Notes: generated by a model not told the origin, from the letters alone. Numbered from the stretch's first letter, positions 28,350-38,195 are shown. The stretch: 64,000 nucleotides of DNA from an uncultured Bacteroidota bacterium (GCA_900696575.1 CAADHD010000018.1:83725-147724), one strand, 5' to 3'. Numbers and translations: made by a program.

Positions 28350-29126
28350 ATGAAAGTAAAACAGCTTGTAATTAGTTCGGCAATCAGCATTCTGATTATT
28401 TACGGAATACTGATTGCTTCGGCATTCTACTTTTTTAATTCAACAACCTTAAGGGAATCGTTATCTGACAAGAGATTATATAGTGCCGTTTGGATTAGTG
28501 TTTCTGCGGCTTCAATAGCAACATTGCTCGCTGTTATTATTTCCATTCCGGCTGCTTATGCGCTTAGCCGTTACTCCTTCCGGCTGAAGCCGGCCGTTGA
28601 TATTTTTCTTGAATTACCCATGATTATTTCACCGGCCGCCCTGGGGGCATTGATTCTGATATTTTTTCAAACCCCGTTAGGTAATTTTATCAGAGAAAAC
28701 TGCATGGATGTGGTTTATGCATTTTCAGGAATTGTATTGGCTCAATTTATAACCGTATTAGGTATCAGCACAAGAATGATGAAAGCGGTTTTTGATGAAA
28801 TTCCGGTTCGTTACGAAAACATAGCACGGACATTAGGCGCAACTCATAGCCAAACATTTTTCAAAGTTTCACTTCCGCTTGCCAGAAAAGGAATGCTTTC
28901 TGCTGTGGTTCTGACTTGGGCCAAAGCGATTGGAGAATTCGGAGCTACCATAACCGTTGCGGGGAGCATGGCCTTAAAAACCGAAACCCTTCCCACCGCT
29001 ATTTTTATGAAACTTTCAATGGCAGATATTAAAGGAACCGTTATTATTATTTTAATTCTGTTTTCAATAAGTGTAATAATGCTGGTACTGGCAAGGTTGA
29101 TATTGCGTACTAAAATATATGATTGA
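28350..29126 (+). CDS. ABC transporter permease (ModB/TupB-like)
   Basis: Six TM segments and an EAA-like loop 'ARTLGATHSQTFFKVSLPLARKG'. Confidence 0.8.
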   Translation: MKVKQLVISSAISILIIYGILIASAFYFFNSTTLRESLSDKRLYSAVWISVSAASIATLLAVIISIPAAYALSRYSFRLKPAVDIFLELPMIISPAALGALILIFFQTPLGNFIRENCMDVVYAFSGIVLAQFITVLGISTRMMKAVFDEIPVRYENIARTLGATHSQTFFKVSLPLARKGMLSAVVLTWAKAIGEFGATITVAGSMALKTETLPTAIFMKLSMADIKGTVIIILILFSISVIMLVLARLILRTKIYD

Positions 29127-30192
29127 GTTAAAAAATATAACGATAGAGGCTGGAAAATTTTTGCTTGATGAAGTTTCGCTGACTGTTGAAAATGGTAAAT
29201 TTCATGTACTGTTAGGACCTACCGGTAGCGGGAAAACCATTTTGCTTGAAACAATTGCCGGTCTTGTTAAACCGTCAAGCGGCAGCATAACCATCAATGC
29301 GGTGGATGCTGCATCCTTACCTCCGGAGCAAAGAGGTCTTTCTTATTTGCCTCAGGATTATGCTTTGTTTCCGCATAAAAATGTTTACGAGAATATTGCA
29401 TTCGGTTTAACATTAAAAAAAAATTTTTCACCTGGCGAAATCAACAATAAGATTTCGGAGCTGTCATGGCTATTGAATATCTCCCATTTACTGAATAGAA
29501 ATGTGCACCATTTAAGCGGTGGTGAGCAACAACGGGTTGCATTGGCAAGAGCATTGGTTCTGGATAATTCAATGTTGATTCTTGATGAACCTACTTCCTC
29601 GTTAAACGAAACAATGCAGGAGGAATTTTGCCTGTTGCTGAAAGACTTACAAAAGAGATTTAACTTAACCGTTTTAATGACAACTCATCATAAAGACAGT
29701 GCCTTTATGCTTGCTGACAGGCTTCATTTTATTGAAAGCGGAAAACTGTTTCTGAGTATTGATACATCAAAACTAAATCATACTCCTTTACCATTGAAAG
29801 TGGCAGAGCTGATTGGCATAACAAATGTTTTAAAATTGAAAAGATCTCCCGAAAATGCATCAGTTTATCACTCAACCGAGCTGAACGCTGATTTTCAATT
29901 TTCTGAATATCTCCATGAAAATTCTGAAGAATTTGAATTAGGGATTAAACCGGTTGACATTCGCGTTATAAAAGAAGAAGAAAAACACTTAAACCATATT
30001 AACCGATTTCATGCGATAGTTGAACAAATTATATTTAAGGAAAGCAATGCACTGGTGTTTTTAAAGAATCCTGTTTCAGGATTTATGCTCAAAATGGAAT
30101 TATCATCTTATAACCTCAGGAAAATGAATATAGTAAATGGAGATATACTGCTATGCAAAATCAAAGAAGAATACGTAAGAAAAGTCTATTAG
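29119..30192 (+). CDS. ABC transporter ATP-binding protein (ModC/TupC-like with a C-terminal regulatory domain)
   Basis: Walker A 'GPTGSGKT', signature 'LSGGEQQRVALARAL', Walker B 'LILDEPTS'. It overlaps the permease gene by 8 nt. Confidence 0.85.
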   Translation: MIELKNITIEAGKFLLDEVSLTVENGKFHVLLGPTGSGKTILLETIAGLVKPSSGSITINAVDAASLPPEQRGLSYLPQDYALFPHKNVYENIAFGLTLKKNFSPGEINNKISELSWLLNISHLLNRNVHHLSGGEQQRVALARALVLDNSMLILDEPTSSLNETMQEEFCLLLKDLQKRFNLTVLMTTHHKDSAFMLADRLHFIESGKLFLSIDTSKLNHTPLPLKVAELIGITNVLKLKRSPENASVYHSTELNADFQFSEYLHENSEEFELGIKPVDIRVIKEEEKHLNHINRFHAIVEQIIFKESNALVFLKNPVSGFMLKMELSSYNLRKMNIVNGDILLCKIKEEYVRKVY

Positions 30193-30930
30193 CTGCTGCA
30201 GCTATTGCTTTACATCATATTGTTCCGGCAAAATTTGGCACCGTAACATCTTTTCTTTATTCATGAGGAAGGTAAGGAGCCAATAATAAAAAAATGTACA
30301 AAAAAGCAATACACATGGAAACAGTAAGGTGATGGAATTCCGGAATTGTAGCGGATAGAAATATCAGAATCCATTTACATTACCATGATTACAAATAGAA
30401 TAATAGGCTGATGTCCTCTATGAACTATAAATTTACTGATAATCCTGGGGCTTCTTGATCACCTGTTATTACTCTTTCCCCTTCCGGCATAAGAAGCATA
30501 CTCTCTGTATTCGCTTATGATCATGCAACCAACATTCAATGTATATGCTGTAAAGATGAGCGGAATTATATGAATGCACAAAACACAAAGGCTGATGTGA
30601 TGTGCAGTTTCGGCACAAAGGGCGGCAATAACCGGTACGGGCAGAAATTTGTGAACGATTTAGACCCCGGCACTCACACTCGTTTGTCGGGTAAGCCAAT
30701 GGTTGAGAGGCGAGGAGGCCCTGTTAATATCCTGCGCTATTCTTTGTCTGTAGCTCAATCAGCGTGTAAGAGACTATGGACGGTAACATTTACCACTACC
30801 GCTGTCATTCTTTTGTAAAAGGAATCTCATACTCCCCATTTTTTCTTTCAATTCTATTGTTCCTGCCTCAGGCTATTGCCACCTTCCTCATTCTTCCTAT
30901 ATTTACACCCCTTTAAAAAATCCGGAAAAA

Positions 30931-33036
30931 ATGAAAAAACTGTTTACCCTCAGTATGTTGTTGCTTTTCTTTGCTGGTGCCGGCTATACTCAGCACGATC
31001 ATCAGCATACCAACGAAATAAAATGCCTTACCCAGTATTATTACGAAGAAGCGGTGAAGGAAAATCCGCAGGTGGCCATAACCCGAAACATGCTCGACTA
31101 TGAAGTTCAGCGCTTTCTCGAAGATGGCGGAGCCGAAAAAAATGCAGGGGTTATAAAAGTCATTCCAGTAGTTTTTCATATTATTCACGAAGGCGGGTCA
31201 GAAAACATCAGCAAAGCACAAATTCAGGATCAGGTAGCACGCTTAAATCTCGATTTCCAAAGGCTCAATTCCGATGCCGCCAATACACCGGCTGTTTTTC
31301 AAGGCATAGCTGCTGATTCTGAAATAGAGTTTCGTCTTGCCCAGCTCGATCCGAGTGGAAATTGTACTGACGGTATTGTCCGTGTTTTTTCAAATCTCAC
31401 TAACAATGCGCGCAACAATGTAAAAGCCCTTAGCTACTGGCCCAGCAACAAATACCTAAACGTGTGGATTGTAAAAACCATTGAAAACACCAGCGGAGTG
31501 GCAGGTATTATTCTCGGATTCGCCCAGTTTCCGGGAGGCAGTGCAGCCACTGATGGGATTGTTCTCCGTCATGATTACACCGGAGCAATTGGTACTGCAC
31601 AAAGTTCTAATTATGCTGCCCGTACAATGACTCATGAAGTCGGTCATTGGTTAGGACTGCGCCATATATGGGGTGACGGAACATGTGCTACAGATTTTGT
31701 AAGTGATACTCCTCCGGCTGAAGGTCCTCATTCCGGATGTCCTTCGCATCCATATCATACAAACCAATGCGGAGCAGGCTCAAGCCCCAACGGAGAAATG
31801 TTTATGAATTACATGGACTACACCAACGGCACCTGCCAGAACATGTTTACCAATGGCCAGAAAGGGGTTATGGTAGGAGTGCTTAATTCAAGTGTTAGCG
31901 GTCGTAACAATTTGTGGTCAGCATCAAACCTTGCGGCTACCGGAACAGATGGTTCCATTCTGCCGCCTTGCGCTCCTATTGCCGATTTCAGCCCCGTTCC
32001 AAAATATGTTTGTGCCGGAACCTCAGCATCGTTTACCGATTTCTCATGGAATGGCGACCCTTCTGCATGGGATTGGCAATTTCCCGGTGGTACCCCTTCA
32101 AGTTCTACCGCTCAGAATCCAACCATTGTTTACAATACTCCCGGAGTTTATGATGTAACATTAACAGCAAGCAACTCCAGCGGCTCAAGTACCAAAACCA
32201 TTACCGGCTATGTAAGAGTAAGCCCTGCAACAGGAGCGGTAAATTCCTATCCGTTTCAGGAAGGATTTGAAAGCGGAAACTTCCCCCCAACCGATTGGTT
32301 TGTAGATAACGAATCGCTTACTACCAATGAGTGGGAACTTACTTCCCTTGCTGCCCGCAGCGGAGCCAACTCTGTTTACATTCAAAATGCTTCAGGCAAT
32401 ACCAATGGAATTGATAATCTGGTTACCACTACTTATAACTTTACTAATGTAACTAACCCGCAATTGCTCTTCTGGCGTGCTTTTGCCTTAAGCAGTTCAA
32501 CCGGAACAGCAAGGCTGCGCGTATTGGTTTCTACTTCCTGCGGAAATCTATGGCAGGTGCGTTACAACAAATCAGGAGCTACGCTGGCAACAATACCCTC
32601 TGTAATAGCATCCAACTTTATCCCCAATGCTTCGCAGTGGGATGCCGATACATTGACCAACCTTAACACCTATTCGGGCAACCCCAATGTGCGTTTCAAA
32701 TTTGAATACACACAGGATGGCGGTAATAACATTTACCTTGACGACATTAACATCAACGGTTTGGTAGGTATTAATGAAATTGTAAAAACAGAAGGGGTTA
32801 CTCTCTTTCCTAATCCGGCTGAGGAGCAATCAAAAATTGAATTTTCCATTTTAAAAGTTTCAGAAGTTGAAATTTTGATTCATGACCTGAGCGGAAGGAA
32901 AGTACAAAACATCGCTGCCGGTAATCTTACTCCCGGTGATTATGTTTATGACATAACCGGCCTAACTTCAGGAAGCTATACGGTAACCATTCAGTTAGAA
33001 AAAGAATCTATCACCAAAAAACTGATTATACAGTAA
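30931..33036 (+). CDS. secreted M43 (pappalysin/cytophagalysin-type) zinc metalloprotease with a T9SS C-terminal sorting domain
   Basis: Metzincin motif 'HEVGHWLGLRHIW' (HExxHxxGxxH). It has a signal peptide, MAM-like middle domains, and a C-terminal 'LFPNPAEEQSKIEF...YTVTIQLEKESITKKLIIQ' T9SS CTD. Confidence 0.85.
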   Translation: MKKLFTLSMLLLFFAGAGYTQHDHQHTNEIKCLTQYYYEEAVKENPQVAITRNMLDYEVQRFLEDGGAEKNAGVIKVIPVVFHIIHEGGSENISKAQIQDQVARLNLDFQRLNSDAANTPAVFQGIAADSEIEFRLAQLDPSGNCTDGIVRVFSNLTNNARNNVKALSYWPSNKYLNVWIVKTIENTSGVAGIILGFAQFPGGSAATDGIVLRHDYTGAIGTAQSSNYAARTMTHEVGHWLGLRHIWGDGTCATDFVSDTPPAEGPHSGCPSHPYHTNQCGAGSSPNGEMFMNYMDYTNGTCQNMFTNGQKGVMVGVLNSSVSGRNNLWSASNLAATGTDGSILPPCAPIADFSPVPKYVCAGTSASFTDFSWNGDPSAWDWQFPGGTPSSSTAQNPTIVYNTPGVYDVTLTASNSSGSSTKTITGYVRVSPATGAVNSYPFQEGFESGNFPPTDWFVDNESLTTNEWELTSLAARSGANSVYIQNASGNTNGIDNLVTTTYNFTNVTNPQLLFWRAFALSSSTGTARLRVLVSTSCGNLWQVRYNKSGATLATIPSVIASNFIPNASQWDADTLTNLNTYSGNPNVRFKFEYTQDGGNNIYLDDININGLVGINEIVKTEGVTLFPNPAEEQSKIEFSILKVSEVEILIHDLSGRKVQNIAAGNLTPGDYVYDITGLTSGSYTVTIQLEKESITKKLIIQ

Positions 33037-33058
33037 TAAAACCATTCACCACAACTTT

Positions 33059-35155
33059 ATGAAAAAATGGATCTGGTTCGCAGCCTTTGCTCTGTCTGCA
33101 ATAAAGTCAAATGCCCAGGAACAGGAATACCGCAGATGCCACACCGATGAAATGCATGAACAAATGCTTGCATCAGATAATGACTACGGCTTGCGCAGAG
33201 CATTAATTCAAAATGCAGCCCGTATTTTTATGGCAGAAGGATTGCATGTGAAAAAAGAAAACCAGGCAGCAAGTATTCAGTTTGTTGTTCCTGTAGTTTT
33301 TCATATTATACACGATTACGGAGCTGAAAATATCTCCAAAGATCAGGTGCTGGATGCCGTAAGATTAATCAATGAAAGCTTTCAGAAAAAAAGCGCTGAT
33401 ACCGGGGATGTTATTCCGGCTTTTCAATCCATATTCGCCAATTGTGAAATTGAATTCCGTTTAGCTCAGATTGACCCTAACGGCAATTGCCATGACGGCA
33501 TTACCCGAACCAAATCAACACAAACATACTCGGCAGGCGATGGCGTTAAAAGCCTTGTTAACTGGCCAAGCTATAAATACCTCAATATATGGGTAGTGGC
33601 CAACATCGGCAGCGGTGCAGCAGGATATGCTTACTATCCCGGTGCAAGCCCTTCTGTTGACGGTATTGTTATCCGTCATGATTATTCGGCCAGCATAGGA
33701 ACTGCGCCCGGCTCTACCTACAATGCACGGGCGTTATCCCATGAAATCGGCCATTACCTTGATCTTCCGCATACATGGGGAAGCACCAACCAGCCCGGGG
33801 TGGCTTCCAATTGTAACATTGATGACGGAATTTTCGATACTCCGAATACTCTTGGAGTAAGCAACTTTTCGTGCAACACAACGCAGGTAACCTGTGGCTC
33901 ATTAGACAACGTGCAGAACTACATGGATTATGGCTCATGCCCAAAAATGTTTACCGAAGGCCAGAAAGACCGTATGCATACTACACTTTATACTTCGCGC
34001 GACTATCTTGTTTCTATAGCCAACAATGTGGATACCGGTACGGATGATGGTTATGTAGCCCCGCCCTGCGCCCCGGTTGCCGATTTTTCTGACCGCAAGA
34101 AATTTGTTTGCGCCAATGTGCCGGTTCAATTCAAAGACTTATCCTGGAAAGGAACGCCCGATACCTGGTCATGGTCATTTCCGGGAGCAATTCCATCTGC
34201 AAGCAACGATACCAACCCTGTTGTGGTTTACCCCAATCCCGGCACGTATGATGTTTCACTTACCGTTACAAATATTGATGGCAGTACTACCTTGTTGCGC
34301 GCAAATCATGTAGTAGTCTCTTCAAACCCCGCCAACTTTAATGTCCCTTACTCCGAAGGTTTTGAAAACATGTCATCCTTTCCCGGAACAGGAAATGAAT
34401 GGACTGTAAATAATACTCCGGGCACCAGCCCATGGGCGCTTACCGGTCTGGCTTCTTATACGGGAACCAACTCAATTTACATAAACAACTTCACCAATAC
34501 CCCAACCGGTTCCGTTGATGAGTTTATCACTCCAAGCTTCGATCTGAGCAATGTTACCAACGCAAATCTTACTTTTCAACTTGCCTTTGCGCGTAAACTT
34601 TCTGCCAGTGTTGACAGTTTGAAAGTATTTGTTTCAAAAGACTGCGGTGCTTCATGGTCTTTGCGGTACAACAAAAACGGGACAAGCCTGATTACGAACA
34701 CAAGCTTGTTTCCCTCACAGGCATTCTTCCCTCAGGTAGCCGACTGGAGAATGGAAACCGTAAATATCGCCTCGCCCACCTATAACAATCAACCCAATAT
34801 TAAATTTTTATTCCGTTATTATCAGAGTGCAGGCAATAATATCTTTATTGATGATTTAAACCTTAGCGGAACACTGGGAATGAATGAAGTCTTTACGGAT
34901 AAGTTAAACCTGCATTTGTATCCGAACCCTTCCAATGAATTCTTCTACCTTTCCTTTGACTTGCCAAAACATTCTCCAACAAAGATTGACCTGATGGATA
35001 TATCCGGCAAACATTTAAGTGAGATAACTTCCGGCAACATGGAGTCAGGGGAGCATCTGGTAAAAATTGATAAATCCGTTTCGGCAGGCATGTACCTGAT
35101 ACGGATCACTACCGATGAAGGCACTGCTTTCAAAAGAGTAGTGATTACAAAGTAA
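33059..35155 (+). CDS. secreted M43 zinc metalloprotease with a T9SS C-terminal sorting domain (tandem paralog)
   Basis: 'HEIGHYLDLPHTW' metzincin motif. It is about 50% identical to the upstream gene over the catalytic domain ('VVPVVFHIIHD...EIEFRLAQIDPNGNC'). C-terminal 'LYPNPSNEFFYLSF...GMYLIRITTDEGTAFKRVVITK' T9SS CTD. Confidence 0.85.
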   Translation: MKKWIWFAAFALSAIKSNAQEQEYRRCHTDEMHEQMLASDNDYGLRRALIQNAARIFMAEGLHVKKENQAASIQFVVPVVFHIIHDYGAENISKDQVLDAVRLINESFQKKSADTGDVIPAFQSIFANCEIEFRLAQIDPNGNCHDGITRTKSTQTYSAGDGVKSLVNWPSYKYLNIWVVANIGSGAAGYAYYPGASPSVDGIVIRHDYSASIGTAPGSTYNARALSHEIGHYLDLPHTWGSTNQPGVASNCNIDDGIFDTPNTLGVSNFSCNTTQVTCGSLDNVQNYMDYGSCPKMFTEGQKDRMHTTLYTSRDYLVSIANNVDTGTDDGYVAPPCAPVADFSDRKKFVCANVPVQFKDLSWKGTPDTWSWSFPGAIPSASNDTNPVVVYPNPGTYDVSLTVTNIDGSTTLLRANHVVVSSNPANFNVPYSEGFENMSSFPGTGNEWTVNNTPGTSPWALTGLASYTGTNSIYINNFTNTPTGSVDEFITPSFDLSNVTNANLTFQLAFARKLSASVDSLKVFVSKDCGASWSLRYNKNGTSLITNTSLFPSQAFFPQVADWRMETVNIASPTYNNQPNIKFLFRYYQSAGNNIFIDDLNLSGTLGMNEVFTDKLNLHLYPNPSNEFFYLSFDLPKHSPTKIDLMDISGKHLSEITSGNMESGEHLVKIDKSVSAGMYLIRITTDEGTAFKRVVITK

Positions 35156-35168
35156 TTTTGGTAACACT

Positions 35169-35570
35169 GTGGGCAAAAAAGACGAAATCAACCTTCGGTA
35201 CATCATCTACGGAAGTCCATTGGATGTTTTCAAGGCACTTACAGATGAGGAGGAAATAAGAAAGTGGAGTAAGGCTCAGGGTAAATTATCTCAGGAATCG
35301 GGAGGAGTTTTTGAATGGTTTGACGGATGGGTTAAAGGAGAAGTTTTAGAAGTAAAAGCCCCTTCTCTGTTAATTTTTACCTGGAAGCCGTCTGAGTGGG
35401 ATAAAAATACATCCTTCTCACAGGTTAAATTGGAAATAAACCGGCATCAGGCCGGGTCATTAGTGGGGGTAAATCATACAGGATTCCCAAACGAAACAGA
35501 ACTCGAAAAACACGAAGCCGGCTGGATAGATTATGTTTTCGAGCCACTCAATGAGTATTTCACCACCTAA
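35169..35570 (+). CDS. SRPBCC-superfamily protein (AHSA1/Aha1-like)
   Basis: 133 aa with a GTG start. 'YIIYGSPLDVFKALTDEEEIRKW' is typical of the Activator-of-Hsp90-ATPase-homolog-like START fold. Confidence 0.6.
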   Translation: MGKKDEINLRYIIYGSPLDVFKALTDEEEIRKWSKAQGKLSQESGGVFEWFDGWVKGEVLEVKAPSLLIFTWKPSEWDKNTSFSQVKLEINRHQAGSLVGVNHTGFPNETELEKHEAGWIDYVFEPLNEYFTT

Positions 35571-35646
35571 ATATTTTTATTAACAATTGTTGATAATTTG
35601 CCAATCAGAAATACTTTTGCGCCCACAATTTAAAACACCACTCAAA

Positions 35647-35883
35647 ATGAAAAAGTTAATTGCTGTATTTATGGTTGCCGGTCTTGCATCTTTTGCTGCC
35701 TGCAACAATGCTCAGGAACAAGCTCAGGATGCTGCTACTGCTACTGAAGCTGCTGCTACTGAAGCTGCCGAAGCTACTGAAGCTGCTGCTACCGAAGCTG
35801 CCGAAGCAGTTGAAGCTGTTGCCGACACTGCCGCTGCCGCAGTTGAAGCTGCTGCTGCTGATGTTACCGGAGAGCAGAAATAA
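35647..35883 (+). CDS. small lipoprotein with an Ala/Glu/Thr low-complexity repeat tail
   Basis: Lipobox 'SFAAC' after 'MKKLIAVFMVAGLA', then (A/T)EAA repeats. A TAnnTTTG-type box 'TACTTTTG' lies about 30 nt upstream, and a terminator follows directly. Confidence 0.55.
   Translation: MKKLIAVFMVAGLASFAACNNAQEQAQDAATATEAAATEAAEATEAAATEAAEAVEAVADTAAAAVEAAAADVTGEQK
35740..35870 (+). repeat. imperfect tandem repeat of 12/21 nt (GCT GCT ACT GAA GCT GCC GAA...) encoding the (T/A)EAA repeats
   Basis: Direct repeats visible in the sequence: 'gctgctactgaagctgctgctactgaagctgccgaagctactgaagctgctgctaccgaagctgccgaagc'. Confidence 0.7.
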
Positions 35884-35912
35884 TCTGAAATCAGATTATC
35901 AAAAAAAGTCAA

Positions 35913-35937
35913 CCTCGCATTTATGCGGGGTTTTTTT
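35913..35937. terminator. bidirectional rho-independent terminator between the convergent lipoprotein and pdxA genes
   Basis: 'CCTCGCA-ttta-TGCGGGG' is a 7-bp stem with a G·U wobble. It is flanked by an A7 tract on one side and a T7 tract on the other. Confidence 0.75.
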
Positions 35938-37021
35938 ATCCGCTTCGGTCTGTAGCCAGTTCTGATATTTTTAAAGGATTGGCTTTTGCCTCAGCCATAA
36001 GTTTTCTGTTAGCGTAAATATCAATTGCCTGATAAATGGCGCTGCGGAAGGAATGCTCATCCGCTTTATTTTTACCTGCAATATCTGCTCCCGTTCCGTG
36101 GGAAGGGGAAGTACGGATTACCGGCAATCCGGCTGTAAAATTTACTCCGTTTTCAGGATGCATGGTTTTAAAAGGAATCAATCCCTGATCGTGATACATG
36201 GCAATAGTTAAATCAAACTTTTTAAATGTTCCTTTTCCAAAATAGCCATCGGCCGGATAGGGCCCAAGCACCACGGCTTCCTCATGGAAAGAATTGATTG
36301 CCGGCTGAATGATTTCTTTTTCTTCATTGCCCAGCAATCCACCATCGCCTGCATGAGGGTTAAGGCCTAATACACCCAAGCGGGGCTTGGCAATTCCGAA
36401 ATCGTTTTTCAAAGATTGGATGCCGGCCCGTATGGTGTTTTTAATAAGATCTGTGCTTAAGATGGAAGGAACATTTTTAAATGGAACATGAACCGTAACG
36501 CAGGCTATTTTCAAAGCATCACTTATCATCATCATCAATGGTTTCTGAACATTAAAATACGAAGCAATATATCCGGTATGTCCCGTGAAGCCTGGCTCAT
36601 TAATGGCTACTGAATTTTTATCAAGCGGCAACGTAACCAGCACATCAATAAAACCATCTTTCAGGTCTTTCAGGGCTTTGTTCAGTGAGATCAATGCATA
36701 CTTGCCGGTAAATGAGTTGGCAGGTCCCGGCTCTATCTTTACTTCTTCCTCCCAGCTATTCACCAGATTTACTTTTTTATCGGATAGCTGCCCTCCTGAT
36801 TGTACAGGCTGGAATTGCACTTCGGGATTGTTGCACAATTTACGGTGAAAGGCCCATGCTTTAGCACTTCCGTAAACCACGGGAGTGCAAACCTGAAACA
36901 TGGCATGATCAAGAAATGTTTTAAAAATCAGCTCGTGTGAAATGCCATTGAGGTCTCCGATGGAAATACCCACTTTCAATTTATGTTCTGATGAAATATC
37001 GTTCATTGTTTTTAAATTCAT
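35936..37021 (-). CDS. pdxA: 4-hydroxythreonine-4-phosphate dehydrogenase PdxA
   Basis: 'GISIGDLNGISHELIFK' (GDPxGIGPE-like) and 'SPSHGTGADIAGK' (the PdxA HGT(A/G)xDIAG motif). Length is 361 aa. Confidence 0.85.
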   Translation of the reverse strand: MNLKTMNDISSEHKLKVGISIGDLNGISHELIFKTFLDHAMFQVCTPVVYGSAKAWAFHRKLCNNPEVQFQPVQSGGQLSDKKVNLVNSWEEEVKIEPGPANSFTGKYALISLNKALKDLKDGFIDVLVTLPLDKNSVAINEPGFTGHTGYIASYFNVQKPLMMMISDALKIACVTVHVPFKNVPSILSTDLIKNTIRAGIQSLKNDFGIAKPRLGVLGLNPHAGDGGLLGNEEKEIIQPAINSFHEEAVVLGPYPADGYFGKGTFKKFDLTIAMYHDQGLIPFKTMHPENGVNFTAGLPVIRTSPSHGTGADIAGKNKADEHSFRSAIYQAIDIYANRKLMAEAKANPLKISELATDRSG

Positions 37022-37042
37022 GCAAAGTTGAACAATTGCTTC

Positions 37043-38110
37043 TTAACGGTTTCCTATGTACATCGTACCGCTGATGCTGTCTTTGCGCGCACCGGTTACC
37101 GACCGTAGACAATTAATCCGGTTATTGATTCGCAACACAGCAAGAAAAGCAAATACTATGGCTTCTTTCATATCAATAAGTGATACATCGGGCAAAATAA
37201 TTTCTGCGGATGTGTGTTGTGCAATACTTTTGATGAGGAACTTGTTTTTTGCTCCGCCTCCGGATGCTAAAACGCGGCAGTGTTTCTTGTTCAGCTTTTC
37301 AATTTCCCGTGCAATCTGCATGGCAGCATGTATGGTGCAGGTTGCCAGTTTGTCTTCCGTTTTTATATTTTCTTTTTGTATAACAGGATAAAAAACATTT
37401 TCGAACCATTCTCTTCCCAGCGATTTTGGAAAAGGTTTTCGGTAAAAAGGCAGGTTGTTCAGTTTATGGAGTAACCCGGCATGCACTATACCATTTGAGG
37501 CAAGGAGTCCGTTTTTATCAAATGGTTTTCCACTAAGCGAAGCAAGCTTATTGAGAATCATATTAGCCGGGCAGATGTCATAAGCCAGTCGAAGATGATT
37601 TTTGCGGAAAGATAGATTGGCAATACCACCAATGTTGAGGCAAACATCATAATGGCCGAATAAAAGTTCATCTCCAACCGGCACCAAAGGCGCACCCTGC
37701 CCGCCCAGTGCCACATCGGTCATACGGAAATCACTTACCGTATCAACTCCGGTTAAGGCAGCAATTACAGCCCCGCAGCCCAATTGAAAAGTCAAACCAT
37801 TTTCCGGCTGATGAAATACGGTATGGCCATGCGATCCGATAACTTCAGGAGGGTAACGGCTTTCTTTTAAAAAACGGTTTGATGCGGAAGCAATGTAATG
37901 CGCAAAATCAACATCTGTTTTCATCAGATCATGGCCGGATAATAAATGAGCCCGGGCTAATCTTTTTTTCCATGTCGGAGGGTAAGCAATGGTTTTGTGT
38001 TTCTGTAATTCGTAAGTCCATTTACCGTTCTTAAAACTGAATCGGCACAGGGCTAAGTCAAGTCCGTCAAGCGATGTGCCCGACATGATGCCAAGTGCTG
38101 TTATATTCAT
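37043..38110 (-). CDS. anmK: anhydro-N-acetylmuramic acid kinase AnmK
   Basis: 'GIMSGTSLDGLDLAL' N-terminal ASKHA motif and AnmK-length body. The start was chosen at 'MNITALGIMSGTSLDG'; the ORF track extends to 38131 via a TTG. Confidence 0.85.
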   Translation of the reverse strand: MNITALGIMSGTSLDGLDLALCRFSFKNGKWTYELQKHKTIAYPPTWKKRLARAHLLSGHDLMKTDVDFAHYIASASNRFLKESRYPPEVIGSHGHTVFHQPENGLTFQLGCGAVIAALTGVDTVSDFRMTDVALGGQGAPLVPVGDELLFGHYDVCLNIGGIANLSFRKNHLRLAYDICPANMILNKLASLSGKPFDKNGLLASNGIVHAGLLHKLNNLPFYRKPFPKSLGREWFENVFYPVIQKENIKTEDKLATCTIHAAMQIAREIEKLNKKHCRVLASGGGAKNKFLIKSIAQHTSAEIILPDVSLIDMKEAIVFAFLAVLRINNRINCLRSVTGARKDSISGTMYIGNR

Positions 38111-38195
38111 ATGTGCCATTGTGCAAAGCAAATTAATTGAAGCGGGTTAGCGAAAGTAAAAGTTGATAGCCTGAAGGCTTGTTAAGTTTGCCGTA

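Noticed and set aside
30469-30818. Two mutually antisense ORFs (76 aa Cys-rich on the minus strand, 82 aa on the plus strand) in the 740-bp intergenic island
   Set aside because: They overlap each other on opposite strands and neither has a recognisable fold or motif. I kept the region as a non-coding or unknown finding rather than calling a CDS.
35587-35965. Alternative longer ORFs (35587.. start; 35660..35965; 35724..35912 minus strand) over the Ala/Glu repeat region
   Set aside because: These are repeat-driven alternative frames. The MKK-lipobox start at 35647 with an upstream TAnnTTTG box and a downstream terminator is the coherent gene model.
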